A stretch of DNA of 56,451 nucleotides from an uncultured Acidobacteriota bacterium (GCA_913043225.1 CAJWLU010000022.1:1-56451), one strand, 5' to 3'. Positions 11,166 through 21,984 are shown, numbered from the stretch's first letter. Translations and numbers: made by a program. The notes: generated by a model from the sequence alone, not told the origin.

Positions 11166-12551
11166 CTACTGCTGCGCGATCCGGTAGAGCTTGCTTTGCG
11201 TGCGGAGAATCACACTCCCATGGGCGATGGCAGGCGTGGCCAGCGACATCTCGTCGAGCGAGTTCTTATGCAAGATCTCGAATTCTGGGCCCGCTCGCAC
11301 CACGAACGTGTCACCGTCCTCGCTAAGAAGAAAGATCAACCCGTTGTAGCCCCATGGCGAAGCGGTGAATCCGTTTCCGATCTCCAATCGCCGGCGTCCG
11401 TAGATCTCTTCGCCGGTCGCTGCGTCGTGCGCGGTCAGAAAGCCGCGGTCCAGCAGCGTGTAATACACATCGTCATAGACCAGCGCCGTGGTGCTGTAGG
11501 TGCCCAGCAGCGGATAGGACCAGACGACGTGTTCGTCCCGGGAATAGTGCCTGGTTCCAGGAAAACCTTCCTGAAGACCGCTGGCCACCTCCTGGTAGAT
11601 GGAGATGTCGCCAGCCGCCCCTGGCTGAATCGCATAGACCGGACGTAACGCCCCACCCGGATAACCGGAACTGATGTAGACGAGCCCGTGGCTCGTGAAG
11701 GGACTCGGTGTCGAGAGCAACGACATACCGCTCAGTTCCCAAAGCAACCCGCCATCTAGATCATATGAGCGAACTTTCCCGGTCGCCGACGTCACTATCT
11801 CGCTACGCAGGTGGTTCTCCCACACCAACGGCGTCGACCAGGTGTGCCCGGGCTCATCCCTCTGGACGGTCCAGACTTCGGCACCGGTCTCGGCGTCTAG
11901 CGCGGTCAGAAAGGACTGCTCGGTGTTGTCGTTCAGCACATACAAGCGGCCGTCGTGCAGCGCCGGTGAAGACGCGGTCGCCATCGCCTGCATCGTATTG
12001 AAGGTGCCAAGGTCTCGCCGCCACCGCTCGTTTCCCTCAAAGTCGAAGGCGGCGACGAGCCCGACGGCACCGAAATAGACGTAGACGCGCTCACCATCGG
12101 TGACGGGTGTTTCAGACGCGTAGCTGTTCTTCAGGTGACGTGTGATCTCTGGCACCTGACGGTGAATCTCACGCTGCCACCGGATCTCGCCAGTCTGGAA
12201 GTCGATGTCGTAGAGCAGCCACCGATGTTCGGCGCTGGCCGGCACCGACCCGTTGTGCTCGCCCGGGTCGTACAGACCTGGAATCGGCTGCACTTCTTCG
12301 TCGTCCGCTGCGCTCGTGGCCGTCACCACGAAGATGTGATCGTCCCAAACGATCGGCGACGCCCAGCTCAACCCTGGAATGTCGATCTTCCAGGCGATGT
12401 TCTCGATCTCGCTCCACCGATCTGGCAGCGCCGGATCGTCCGGCACTTGCCCGGTACCGGTCCCTCGAAACTGCGGCCACTGCTGGCCACTGGCCGCCGA
12501 GACCGCGCCCAAGACCAGGACGACGGCGAGCATCGGGGTTCCCCACTTCAT
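11166..12551 (-). CDS. Exported PQQ-binding-like (BamB-like) beta-propeller protein, paralog 1
   Basis: RBS AAGGAG then MKWG; signal peptide, WPQFRG, ETPVTDGERVY, repeated LDA.TG.E.W blades. Confidence 0.85.
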   Translation of the reverse strand: MKWGTPMLAVVLVLGAVSAASGQQWPQFRGTGTGQVPDDPALPDRWSEIENIAWKIDIPGLSWASPIVWDDHIFVVTATSAADDEEVQPIPGLYDPGEHNGSVPASAEHRWLLYDIDFQTGEIRWQREIHRQVPEITRHLKNSYASETPVTDGERVYVYFGAVGLVAAFDFEGNERWRRDLGTFNTMQAMATASSPALHDGRLYVLNDNTEQSFLTALDAETGAEVWTVQRDEPGHTWSTPLVWENHLRSEIVTSATGKVRSYDLDGGLLWELSGMSLLSTPSPFTSHGLVYISSGYPGGALRPVYAIQPGAAGDISIYQEVASGLQEGFPGTRHYSRDEHVVWSYPLLGTYSTTALVYDDVYYTLLDRGFLTAHDAATGEEIYGRRRLEIGNGFTASPWGYNGLIFLLSEDGDTFVVRAGPEFEILHKNSLDEMSLATPAIAHGSVILRTQSKLYRIAQQ

Positions 12552-12649
12552 ACCCAACTCCTTGTTGACCGATCGGGGGCATCCTATCCCGGAGCCGGTC
12601 CCGTCCGTCGTAGAAAAAACGCTGCGGCTCCGATTACACTTACCCGATA

Positions 12650-15079
12650 GTGATAATGCTGTCTTGGCGGGCGCGCCTGCCCCGCCGTCTCGGTGTCGCC
12701 GCGACCGTATGGTGGCTATGCTCTGGAGCAGGCATCGACACCCACGTTCACGCCCAGACTCCCGACCTAGACGCACAGGCGGTCGTTGACCAGACCTGCC
12801 GCCGCTGCCACAACGACCAGGCCCGCTACGGCAACCTCTCCCTCGACGGGTTCGAGGTTTCGGCGGCCGCCGAACGGCCCAGCCTAGCCGAGGGCATGGT
12901 CAAGAAGCTGCAAGCCGGTCTGATGCCTCCGGCCGGCAGTACCCGACCGAACGAAGCGGCACTGGTCGGGCTCGCCACGGCCTTGGAGCAGCACCTAGAT
13001 GAGGCCGCCGCGCCCAACCCTGGACGCCGCAGTTTTCAGCGGCTAAACCGGGCAGAGTACGAGCGTTCAGTGCGGGACCTACTGGCACTCGACATCGACG
13101 CCGGGGCGTACCTCCCGCCAGACACGAAGAGCGCGAACTTCGACAACATCGCCGACACGCAGCTGCTCTCACCCACTTTGATGAACGGCTATCTACGCGC
13201 CGCCGGCGACGTCAGCCGACTGGCGGTGGGCGACACCGCAGGAGGCCCGAACGAAACCACCTACAAGGTCACCCGCTGGGTGTCGCAGCGCGAGCAGGTC
13301 GAAGGCGCGCCGTACGGTTCACGAGGTGGTCTCTCCGTCGTACATACGTTCCCTTCCGACGCCGACTACGTCTTCCGGGTGTCGTTTCATCACGAGACGA
13401 CAGGCGAACTGTTCGGGAGTGCCCGAGCGGCGCTCCATACCGCCGAGCGCCCAGAGCAGCTGGAGATCTCGGTCGACGGCGTTCGTGTCGCCCTGCTCGA
13501 CATCGACCGATGGATGCAGGTCTCCGATCCAAACGGCGTGAACCTTTGGACCCCGCCGGCCCGGATCTCAGCCGGCCCCCACCGGATCTCGGCGGTGTTC
13601 ATTCGACAGTTCGACGGCCCCGTGCAGGACCTGATCTCGCCGCACGAGTGGTCGCTCGCCAGTACCAGCATCGCGAACGCCTACGGCTTCACCAGTCTCC
13701 CGCACCTCCGCGATCTCGCTATCCGCGGACCAATCGCCCCGGTGGGCATCTCCGACACCCCAAGCCGAGCCCGCATCTTCAGCTGCCGGCCGGCGACGCC
13801 TGTCGACGCCCCCGCCTGTGCGCGCACGATCCTCCAGAATCTCGGTACGATCGCCTATCGCCGCCCGCCAACCGAGGAGGATCTCTCAGCGCTGCTCGGC
13901 CTCTACGAACGTGGGGCCAGCGGTGATGGGTTCGAGGGCGGGATCCGGATGGCACTCGAAGGCCTCCTCGCAAGCCCGCAATTCGTGTTCCGATTCGAGG
14001 AGCCGCCAGTCGATCTGGCCCCGTCGGCCCAGTTCCCGCTGAGCGACCACGACCTCGCCTCGCGCCTCAGCTTCTTCCTTTGGGCGAGCGGGCCTGATGA
14101 CACGCTGCTCGATCGCGCCCGTGAGAGTCTCCTGTCGGACCCTGATGTCCTCGAGTCCGAAGTTCATCGCATGCTAGCCGACCCGCGCTCCGAAGCGCTC
14201 GCAACCCGCTTTGCCGCCCAGTGGCTGCGGCTGCCAGACCTGGACGGGCTGCATCCGGACGTCCGCATCTACCCGGACTTCGACGAGCAGCTCAAACACG
14301 CGATGCGACGGGAAACCGAGCGGCTCTTCGAGCACGTCGTCCGCGAGGACCGCCCCGTGCTCGAGCTCCTAACGGCCGACTATACGTTCGCCGACGAGCG
14401 CCTCGCCCAGCACTACGGCCTGACGCATCCCGGTGGTCCGGACGTCGCCCGCATCGCGATCGACGACCCGGACCGGCGCGGGCTCCTGGGCCATGGCGCC
14501 GTGCTGGCCCTCACCTCGTACGCCGACCGCACCTCACCGGTACTAAGGGGGAAATGGGTCATGGAGGTACTCCTCGGCAGCCCGCCGCCGCCTCCCCCAC
14601 CTGACGTCCCGGACCTCGAAGAGACAACGGCGAACGACAGCGGCCGGCTCCTTTCGGTTCGCGAGCGCCTCGAGCGACACCGCGCGAGTCCGGCATGCTC
14701 ATCCTGCCATCGGATGATGGACCCGATCGGGCTGGCGCTCGAGCACTACGATGTGACCGGCGCCAGACGGCGCTGGGACAACGGGCAACCTATCGATGCC
14801 AGCGGCGCCCTATATGACGGTTCGCCCATCACCTCCGCCTCCGACCTCCGGACCGCCCTGGTCCGGCGGCCGACTCCGCTGCTACGTACTTTCACCGAGA
14901 ACCTGATGGCGTATGCCATCGGACGACGGATCGCACCCTACGACATGCCTGGGATCAGGGCTATCGTCCGCGAGGCCGCCGATGACGACCATCGCCTCTC
15001 AGCCTATATCCTTGGAGTGGTCCGATCTCCCGCCTTTCAGATGAAGGGCGGAGAAGAAGCTGGAGCGGCGGAGCAATAG
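12650..15079 (+). CDS. DUF1592/DUF1588/DUF1587/DUF1595/DUF1585 cytochrome c-like protein, copy 1
   Basis: CRRCH and CSSCH haem motifs, RLNRAEY, LASRLSFFLW, RTSPVLRGKWV, PPPPP; start could be 12656. Confidence 0.85.
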   Translation: MIMLSWRARLPRRLGVAATVWWLCSGAGIDTHVHAQTPDLDAQAVVDQTCRRCHNDQARYGNLSLDGFEVSAAAERPSLAEGMVKKLQAGLMPPAGSTRPNEAALVGLATALEQHLDEAAAPNPGRRSFQRLNRAEYERSVRDLLALDIDAGAYLPPDTKSANFDNIADTQLLSPTLMNGYLRAAGDVSRLAVGDTAGGPNETTYKVTRWVSQREQVEGAPYGSRGGLSVVHTFPSDADYVFRVSFHHETTGELFGSARAALHTAERPEQLEISVDGVRVALLDIDRWMQVSDPNGVNLWTPPARISAGPHRISAVFIRQFDGPVQDLISPHEWSLASTSIANAYGFTSLPHLRDLAIRGPIAPVGISDTPSRARIFSCRPATPVDAPACARTILQNLGTIAYRRPPTEEDLSALLGLYERGASGDGFEGGIRMALEGLLASPQFVFRFEEPPVDLAPSAQFPLSDHDLASRLSFFLWASGPDDTLLDRARESLLSDPDVLESEVHRMLADPRSEALATRFAAQWLRLPDLDGLHPDVRIYPDFDEQLKHAMRRETERLFEHVVREDRPVLELLTADYTFADERLAQHYGLTHPGGPDVARIAIDDPDRRGLLGHGAVLALTSYADRTSPVLRGKWVMEVLLGSPPPPPPPDVPDLEETTANDSGRLLSVRERLERHRASPACSSCHRMMDPIGLALEHYDVTGARRRWDNGQPIDASGALYDGSPITSASDLRTALVRRPTPLLRTFTENLMAYAIGRRIAPYDMPGIRAIVREAADDDHRLSAYILGVVRSPAFQMKGGEEAGAAEQ

Positions 15080-15169
15080 TATGTTGCTGGACAAAGAGCC
15101 TGCCGTGCGTGGTATTTTGGGCGAAGCTCCATGGAATCAGTAGAATAGGGCCAGGAGTAGCAGTCCATC

Positions 15170-16567
15170 ATGACCGTGGTCACCGGAAGATACCTGCCTC
15201 GTCGGACCTTTCTTCGCGGGCTTGGCGTGTCGGTTGCGCTCCCTTTCCTGGACGCCTTCACCCCTGCAGGCCGCCCCTGGCGCCAGACCGCCATCGCGCA
15301 GTCTCTAGCGGACCCAATACGACTCGTCTGCATCGAGAACGTGCACGGCGCCGCTGGTAGCACCGCCTACGGCGCGTCCCGGCACCTGTGGGCCCCGGCG
15401 GCCACCGGCCGCGACTTCGACCTATCGACCAGTGCCCTGTCCCCACTCGAGCGCTACCGTGATCAATTGACGATCGTCAGCAACACTGACGTCCGTCCGG
15501 CCGAGGCGGTCACGCCCCCAGAAATCGGAGGCGATCACTTCCGCTCGAGCGCAACCTTCCTGACCCAGTCGCACCCCAAGCAGACCGAAAGCTCAGACGT
15601 CCGCTCGGGGACTTCGCTCGATCAACTCTACGCCCAACGCTTTGGCCAGAACACGCCGATCCCGTCGATGCAGCTGTGCATCGAGAACGTGGACCAGGCT
15701 GGCGGCTGTGCCTACGGCTACTCCTGTGTCTACACCGACACGATCAGCTGGGCGTCGCCAACCGATCCCCTCCCGATGATTCGGGATCCGAGACTGGCCT
15801 TCGACCAACTCTTTGGCGCCGGCAGCACCGCTGAGGATCGCGCGGCACGGCGGGACGCGCAACGAAGCGTGCTCGACTTCATCACAGACGAAATCGCCCG
15901 CCTGCGGAAAGAGCTCGATCCAGCCGATCAGCGCCGAATGGACCGTTATCTCGATGACATCCGAGAGATCGAGCGGCGCATTCAGCGGATCGAAGCGCAG
16001 AACCGGAACGGTGAGGCCAGAGGTCTTCCCAGTGCCCCTCCGGGGGTGCCAGACTCGTTCGACGAGCACGTCAAGCTGATGTTCGACCTTCAGGCGCTAG
16101 CGTTCGAGAGCGACATGACCCGAGTGTTCTCCTTCAAGCTCTCGCGCGACGCCACGGGGCGTGTGTACCCGGAGAGCGGCATCAACCGCGGCTTCCATCC
16201 CGCATCCCACCACGGAGATCGGGAGCAGAATATCGAGGCGTTCGCCCAGATTAACCGGTACCACGTCAGTCTGCTGCCGTACTTTCTCGACAAGCTGCAG
16301 GCGCTCGAAGAAGCCGACGGCACCTTGCTGGACAAGGCCATGGTCATCTACGGCTCGCCGATGGGCGACCCGAACGTGCACAACCACAAGCGCTGCCCGC
16401 TGATCGTGCTCGGCGGATCCCACGGGCAACTAGCTGGAAACCTGCACCGGCGCGCCGCGCCTGGCACGCCAATGGCCAACGCCATGCTGGATCTTTTGCA
16501 CCGGCTGGGTGTCGACGACCTAGAACAGTTCGGAGACAGCACCGGCACGCTGTCCCTCTCGGCGTGA
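15170..16567 (+). CDS. DUF1552 (HxxSHH) protein with Tat signal, copy 1
   Basis: LPRRTFLRG, CAYGYSCVY, FHPASHH, C-terminal FGDSTG; RBS AGGAG. Confidence 0.88.
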   Translation: MTVVTGRYLPRRTFLRGLGVSVALPFLDAFTPAGRPWRQTAIAQSLADPIRLVCIENVHGAAGSTAYGASRHLWAPAATGRDFDLSTSALSPLERYRDQLTIVSNTDVRPAEAVTPPEIGGDHFRSSATFLTQSHPKQTESSDVRSGTSLDQLYAQRFGQNTPIPSMQLCIENVDQAGGCAYGYSCVYTDTISWASPTDPLPMIRDPRLAFDQLFGAGSTAEDRAARRDAQRSVLDFITDEIARLRKELDPADQRRMDRYLDDIREIERRIQRIEAQNRNGEARGLPSAPPGVPDSFDEHVKLMFDLQALAFESDMTRVFSFKLSRDATGRVYPESGINRGFHPASHHGDREQNIEAFAQINRYHVSLLPYFLDKLQALEEADGTLLDKAMVIYGSPMGDPNVHNHKRCPLIVLGGSHGQLAGNLHRRAAPGTPMANAMLDLLHRLGVDDLEQFGDSTGTLSLSA

Positions 16568-18345
16568 GCCCCATCATGCGCACCAGCTGGATTACGCCGC
16601 TCTGCATCGCGGTCGTCTGGATGGCCGCGCCGGCGACCGCCAACTCGGGGCCGGTGGCTGACGCAGCTCGTCGCGGAGACCTCGAAGCGGTCCGAGCACT
16701 TCTAACCGAAGACGCCGACGTAAACGCTCCACTTGGAGACGGAATGACGGCCCTTCACTGGGCGGCGTACCGGGGCGACGAGCCGCTGGTCGATCTACTC
16801 CTGGAGGCCGGGGCCTCAACGACGGCCGTGACCCGTCTCGGCCAACACACGCCGCTCCACGTGGCCAGCCGTGCCGCCAGGGAAGCCGTCGTCCGCTCCC
16901 TGCTTGCCAGCGGCGCCGATCCGACGGCGGAGACCGAGACCGGGGCCACCCCACTCCACTTCGCGGCCGGCAGCGGCGCGGACGGCGCCGTCGACGCCCT
17001 ACTCGATGGCGGTGCGCTAATTGACGCCACCGAACCGACCTGGGGCCAGACTTCGCTCATGTTCGCCGCCGCCTCTAACCGGACCACGACGGTGGCCCTG
17101 TTGCTCGCCCGCGGCGCCAACCCGGATCGCGCGGGCCGCGTCGTCGACATCTCAGCACGCGACACCGCCGATCGCGCCGACAGCCGCCGACGTCGCGAGC
17201 GGATTGCCGCGTTCCGCGCCGGCCGAACCCCTACCGACGAGTTGTCCGAGGTGGCACTGCCCTCCCGCGCAGCCTCAACCGCGCCACCGTCGCCTGCGGT
17301 TCGTGCGGCTGCAGCAGCCGCCGACGCCGTCGAGCGAGAAGCCGATCTGCAGGAAGAGCCCGAACCGCTGGGATTCGCCGACCTCGTGGGCACCCACGGT
17401 GGACTCACCCCGCTGCTGTTGGCAGCACGCGACGGACATATCAAGACCGTGCTGGCCCTCCTCCAGGGTGGCGCAGACATCAATCGGGTAAGCGCCGCCG
17501 ACGGGACCAGCCCGCTCCTCATCGCGGCGATCAACGGTCACTTCGACCTGGCACGAGCGCTACTCACCCGAGGGGCCGATCCAACACTGGCGAGCGATGC
17601 CGGGGCCACACCGCTCTACGGCGCGCTGAACATCCAGTGGGCACCCAAGGCGCGACACCCTCAGCCGACCGACTACATGCAGCAGGCCACGTCCTACCTC
17701 GAGTTGATGACGGCGCTCGTCGATGCGGGTGCCGATGTCAATGTCCGGCTTGAGCGCTCCCTGTGGTACACCACCTACAACCGTGACCTGCTTGGCGTCG
17801 ACCGCGCCGGTGCCACACCGTTCTGGCGAGCCGCCTACGCGCTGGACCTCGACGCAATGCGGCTCCTGCTCTCCCACGGCGCCGATCCGCACATCCCGAC
17901 GATCAAGGTGCCAAGCCGGCAGCGGCCGCTCGACCCCGACCCCTCCGGTCTGCCACCGACCCCAATGGGCGGCCCGGGCGTCTCACCGCTGTTGGCGGCG
18001 GCGGGCGTGGGGTACGGTCAGGGCTACGCGGGGAACACCCACCGTCACGTGCCTGGCGGCTGGCTCCCGACGGTGCGCTTTCTAGTCGAAGAACTCGGAG
18101 CCGACGTTCACTTCCGGGACCATAACGGCTACAACTCCGTGCACCACGCCGCCGCCCGTGGAGACAACGACCTGATCCGCTACCTCGTGGCCCAGGGCGT
18201 CGACGTAACCCAGGTCAGCCGTACCGGCCAGACGACGGTCGACATGGCAAATGGCCCGGTTCAGCGTATCCAACCGTTCCCGGACACCATCGCTCTACTT
18301 GAGAGCCTGGGCGCCACCAATAGCCACCGCTGTCTCTCCTGTTGA
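16564..18345 (+). CDS. Exported ankyrin-repeat protein, copy 1
   Basis: Signal peptide, repeated G.TALH.AA / TPL..AA ankyrin motifs, C-terminal CLSC; GTGA overlap with DUF1552. Confidence 0.88.
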   Translation: MSPIMRTSWITPLCIAVVWMAAPATANSGPVADAARRGDLEAVRALLTEDADVNAPLGDGMTALHWAAYRGDEPLVDLLLEAGASTTAVTRLGQHTPLHVASRAAREAVVRSLLASGADPTAETETGATPLHFAAGSGADGAVDALLDGGALIDATEPTWGQTSLMFAAASNRTTTVALLLARGANPDRAGRVVDISARDTADRADSRRRRERIAAFRAGRTPTDELSEVALPSRAASTAPPSPAVRAAAAAADAVEREADLQEEPEPLGFADLVGTHGGLTPLLLAARDGHIKTVLALLQGGADINRVSAADGTSPLLIAAINGHFDLARALLTRGADPTLASDAGATPLYGALNIQWAPKARHPQPTDYMQQATSYLELMTALVDAGADVNVRLERSLWYTTYNRDLLGVDRAGATPFWRAAYALDLDAMRLLLSHGADPHIPTIKVPSRQRPLDPDPSGLPPTPMGGPGVSPLLAAAGVGYGQGYAGNTHRHVPGGWLPTVRFLVEELGADVHFRDHNGYNSVHHAAARGDNDLIRYLVAQGVDVTQVSRTGQTTVDMANGPVQRIQPFPDTIALLESLGATNSHRCLSC

Positions 18346-18429
18346 CGCTAACGCCAGCGGGTCGCCGATGTGTCGGGCCCGTCACCCCACGGTATTTCTG
18401 TCCAAAATCGGTTTATACTGCCCGCCTTA

Positions 18430-19500
18430 GTGGCCGCCTCTCCCGTTGAAGTCGCCCTATCTATCAGCCCTCGTGCCCGCGTTGATCTGGTCGACGTCCG
18501 TCAGCGTGTGTCCGAAGGGCACGACGACTTGCTCGACCAGTTCCCCAAGGCGCTCTACTCGTCGTTCCACACCACAGCCGGATACTTGGACCAGAGCCTC
18601 GCCCGTCGTCTGAATCACCAGCGAGACGGCCTAGCGCCGTATCTCACCTTCTTCCGGAACGTCTTTCCCGAAGGGGCCGGCTACAAGCACGATGAGCTGC
18701 ACCTTCGAGCGGAGCTCACCGAGGCGCAGCGTCGCATCGAGCCTCCGAACGCGGACTCGCACCTGGCGTTCATCAGCGCCGGACTTCGCAGCTGCGTCAC
18801 CTACCGCGATCGCGGCGGCCAGCCGGTGTACTTCATCGATCTGGACGGCGTTTACAGGGGGCAGCCTCGGCAGCGGGTGACCACCGTGCTCGGCTACAAC
18901 ACCGAGGAAACGGTGGCGCAAGACCGCGTCGAGGTACCAGTTTCGTCGCACCCTGTCGACTCGGTTAACCTGAAATCGTCCAAAGTCGGGATCTATGAGC
19001 GGTGCCGGGAGCTGATCCGACACCACGGCGTGACCAAGGGACGGATCCAGCTCTCACTCGGTCCCAACGAAGACCACGCCGGACTGACTGTCAACGAGTA
19101 CGAGACGCTGCTCATGCGTCACGACCTAGCAGAAGTCATCCGCGACCCACTTCGCTTCATGGCGGAGAAGAGCCGGCATCTGCTCGCCGACCCCCGGTCG
19201 ATCCCAAACAAGACAATCGACTACGCCAAGTACGACATGGTCCGAGTGTTCAACGAGCTGGTCGACACATTACGGCTCAGCGATTCGGTCGTCGAACAGA
19301 TCGTCTCTCGGTTTTTCGGCGCGCCAGCCCGCCATTTCCTGCGAATGAAGCGCTCGGTCAGCGTGCCCGTCTCGGACCGGGATACGCCGGGAGCAGGCTA
19401 TGTCGCGCAGGGTCAGTACCAGAGCCCGATCCTCGTCCAGTGGCGCCGCAACGAATCTCGGGCGCGTCAGGTGGACATTGTCCTCACGCGCTTCCTCTGA
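18430..19500 (+). CDS. Protein with two YjbQ/UPF0047-like domains
   Basis: HTTAG, YKHD, NADSHL, DLDG..PRQR in first half; HAGLTVNE, GQYQS, RARQV in second half; start uncertain (18370 in track). Confidence 0.6.
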   Translation: MAASPVEVALSISPRARVDLVDVRQRVSEGHDDLLDQFPKALYSSFHTTAGYLDQSLARRLNHQRDGLAPYLTFFRNVFPEGAGYKHDELHLRAELTEAQRRIEPPNADSHLAFISAGLRSCVTYRDRGGQPVYFIDLDGVYRGQPRQRVTTVLGYNTEETVAQDRVEVPVSSHPVDSVNLKSSKVGIYERCRELIRHHGVTKGRIQLSLGPNEDHAGLTVNEYETLLMRHDLAEVIRDPLRFMAEKSRHLLADPRSIPNKTIDYAKYDMVRVFNELVDTLRLSDSVVEQIVSRFFGAPARHFLRMKRSVSVPVSDRDTPGAGYVAQGQYQSPILVQWRRNESRARQVDIVLTRFL

Positions 19501-19561
19501 CACCGCGACCGCGCGGGGCCGCGCCCTCGCTGGACGAACGCGCTAAAGTCGCGTCAGGCGA

Positions 19562-20557
19562 CTACCTCGACAGAATCTGGAGTTCGGTGGGCCCGTCCTG
19601 GCGCTCACCCGCACCCACGACCACAAACACATGCGTGTCGGTAGCCGCGATATCCCGTGCCGGGGCATCGGTCAGGAACGATCCGGCCCCGCTTGGCGAC
19701 GACGGATCTGAGATGTCGACAATCGTGACACCGGCATCCGTGTCGGCCACGAACACGAGATCGCCAGACATCGCCACACGGGCCGCACGCCCCGGGGTCT
19801 CAAAAGTCGCGGTGCGCCTTGGCACGGTAGGGTCGGTGGCGTCGTAGATCTGCAGGTCTCCCCCGCCCCCGCCTGCCAAAATGCCCGAAGGGGCGCCCGC
19901 CTCCCGCTGCACCTCGATGAATCGGGGAGAGGCGGGAGCGTGCAGGACCCCAACCGGCGCCGGTTCGCCAGAGACGGAGAGATCGAAGACATATAGGCCC
20001 GTGGGCGAATCAGTTGCATAGGCTATGTGGCCGGAGGTCACGACGTCACGGGCATAGCCGTCGAGAAAGAACGATCCGGCTCCCGTCGGCGCCGACTCGT
20101 CGGTCGTGTCGACCATCACCATGCCCTCCATGTGGTCGATCAACACCACACGGTTCTCCCAGACCGCGCCGATTTTGGCCTGGCCGAGGGTCTTGTGAGC
20201 GCCCAGCAGCGACGGCGCCGACGGATCCGATACGTCCACAATCCCCACGCCGAAGAAGTTGGCGCCGACATAGACGCGATCCCCACGAACTCGGAACCCC
20301 CAGATCTCCTCCGGGAACTCGGTCTCGCCCAGCTTCGTCGGCGCGCTCGGATCGGACACGTCCCAAACGGCCAGACCGGTGTGATGGGATAGATACACTC
20401 GATCTTCGACCGCACGCACATGCTCAACCGGGCCTGGAATGGTTCCCACGGGGGTCAGAGACTCCTGGGTGAACACCACGCCTCCACTGGCCACCGCGCC
20501 GGCAACGCCGCCCACCACGACGCAAGCCACCCGCCGTCTCAGGTCAGAGATCTTCAC
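19562..20557 (-). CDS. Exported LVIVD-repeat beta-propeller protein
   Basis: Repeated (L/V).(I/V).D(V/I)SDP..P units; signal peptide; GTGA overlap with upstream propeller gene. Confidence 0.8.
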   Translation of the reverse strand: MKISDLRRRVACVVVGGVAGAVASGGVVFTQESLTPVGTIPGPVEHVRAVEDRVYLSHHTGLAVWDVSDPSAPTKLGETEFPEEIWGFRVRGDRVYVGANFFGVGIVDVSDPSAPSLLGAHKTLGQAKIGAVWENRVVLIDHMEGMVMVDTTDESAPTGAGSFFLDGYARDVVTSGHIAYATDSPTGLYVFDLSVSGEPAPVGVLHAPASPRFIEVQREAGAPSGILAGGGGGDLQIYDATDPTVPRRTATFETPGRAARVAMSGDLVFVADTDAGVTIVDISDPSSPSGAGSFLTDAPARDIAATDTHVFVVVGAGERQDGPTELQILSR

Positions 20558-21945
20558 GGTCGTCCTCCTTCGGCAATCCGATACAGCTTCGACTGCGTTC
20601 TCACGACGAGACTCCCGTAGGCGACCGCCGGAGTCGACAGCGTCATCTCCTCCAGCCGGTTAGTGTGCAGAATCTCGAACTGGGGTCCAGCCCGCACGAC
20701 GAACGTATCGCCGTCTTCGCTGAGCAGGAAGATCTTGCCATTGTAGGCCCAGGGCGAGGCGGTGAACCCGTTGCCGATCTCGAGCCGCCGCCGGCCATAC
20801 ACCTCGTCGCCCGTCCGGGCATCGTGAGCCACGAGGAAGCCACGATCGAGTAGCGTGTAGTACTGATCGCCATAGACCAAGGCCGAGGTGTTGTAGGTGC
20901 CCAACAGGGGGTACGCCCAGGCAATAGCGTCTGACGACGCCTTGGTTCCAGGGAACCCCGACGACAGCCCGGTCCGCATGTCATCAGGCGACCAGATCGA
21001 AATATCGCCGGTCGCGCCCGGCTTGACGACATAGACCGGCCGCAACCCCCCGCCGGGATAGCCAGAACTGATGTAGAGCAGCCCGTGCTTAGCGAACGGG
21101 GTCGGGATGGTTAGCCCGGACATGCCGTGCATCTCCCACAGCAGGTTACCGTCCAGGCCGTAGGAACGGACCCCCTGGGTGCCGGAAGTGACGATCTCGG
21201 TCCGCTCAGCATGCTCCCAGACGAACGGGGTGGCCCAGTTCTGGCCTCGCTCGTTCCGCTCGACCCGCCAGATCTCACGCCCCGTATTCTTATCGAGCGC
21301 CACCATGAACGACTGATCGATGTTGTCGTTGACGATATAGAGACGGTCGCCGTGCAACACCGGCGAGGCGGCGGAACCGAACCCCAGAGTGGTCTCGAAC
21401 GCACCCAGTTCCGTGGTCCAAACCGTCTCGCCGCTCATATTCAGCGCGCCAACCACTCCGGCGCTCCCGAAATAGGCGTAGACCCGGCGGCCATCGGTGA
21501 CCGGTGTTTCGGAGGCAAAGCTGTTCTTGATGTGCCGCGCGATCTCTGGCGCCGCCGAGGCCAGCTCGCGCTCCCATCGCACCATGCCGGTCTCGAAATC
21601 AATGTTGTAGACCACCCAGCGATGTTCCTGCGCGGAGCGAGTCGCACCGTTGTCATCGCCCGGGTCATAGAGACCGGGAATCGGAGCCGGCTCCTCGCCC
21701 GCGCTGATGGCCGAAGTCACGAAAATCGTGTTCTCCCACACCACCGGCGAACTCCAGCTCAACCCGGGTACGTCGATACTCCAGACGACATTCTCGGTCA
21801 CGCTCCAGGTATCGGGCAGCCGAGGATCGTCGCCGACGTCGCCGGCGTTCGAGCCCCGAAACTGGGTCCACTGCGCCCCGACCGTCGAGGCCGGCAGAGT
21901 CAAGGCGCCGAGCAGTGCAAAGGGGAGACACAGTCGAGGCGACAT
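20554..21945 (-). CDS. Exported PQQ-binding-like beta-propeller protein, paralog 2
   Basis: RBS AAAGGA then MSPRLCL; WTQFRG, KNSFASETPVTDG; close paralog of 11166-12551. Confidence 0.85.
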   Translation of the reverse strand: MSPRLCLPFALLGALTLPASTVGAQWTQFRGSNAGDVGDDPRLPDTWSVTENVVWSIDVPGLSWSSPVVWENTIFVTSAISAGEEPAPIPGLYDPGDDNGATRSAQEHRWVVYNIDFETGMVRWERELASAAPEIARHIKNSFASETPVTDGRRVYAYFGSAGVVGALNMSGETVWTTELGAFETTLGFGSAASPVLHGDRLYIVNDNIDQSFMVALDKNTGREIWRVERNERGQNWATPFVWEHAERTEIVTSGTQGVRSYGLDGNLLWEMHGMSGLTIPTPFAKHGLLYISSGYPGGGLRPVYVVKPGATGDISIWSPDDMRTGLSSGFPGTKASSDAIAWAYPLLGTYNTSALVYGDQYYTLLDRGFLVAHDARTGDEVYGRRRLEIGNGFTASPWAYNGKIFLLSEDGDTFVVRAGPQFEILHTNRLEEMTLSTPAVAYGSLVVRTQSKLYRIAEGGRP

Positions 21946-21984
21946 GGCGGTCCTTTCGTCTCTGGAGTCAGGTTGCACGCATAA

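Noticed and set aside
18331..18351. CLSC-TGA as possible selenocysteine codon
   Set aside because: In-frame TAA follows after one codon and no convincing SECIS is present
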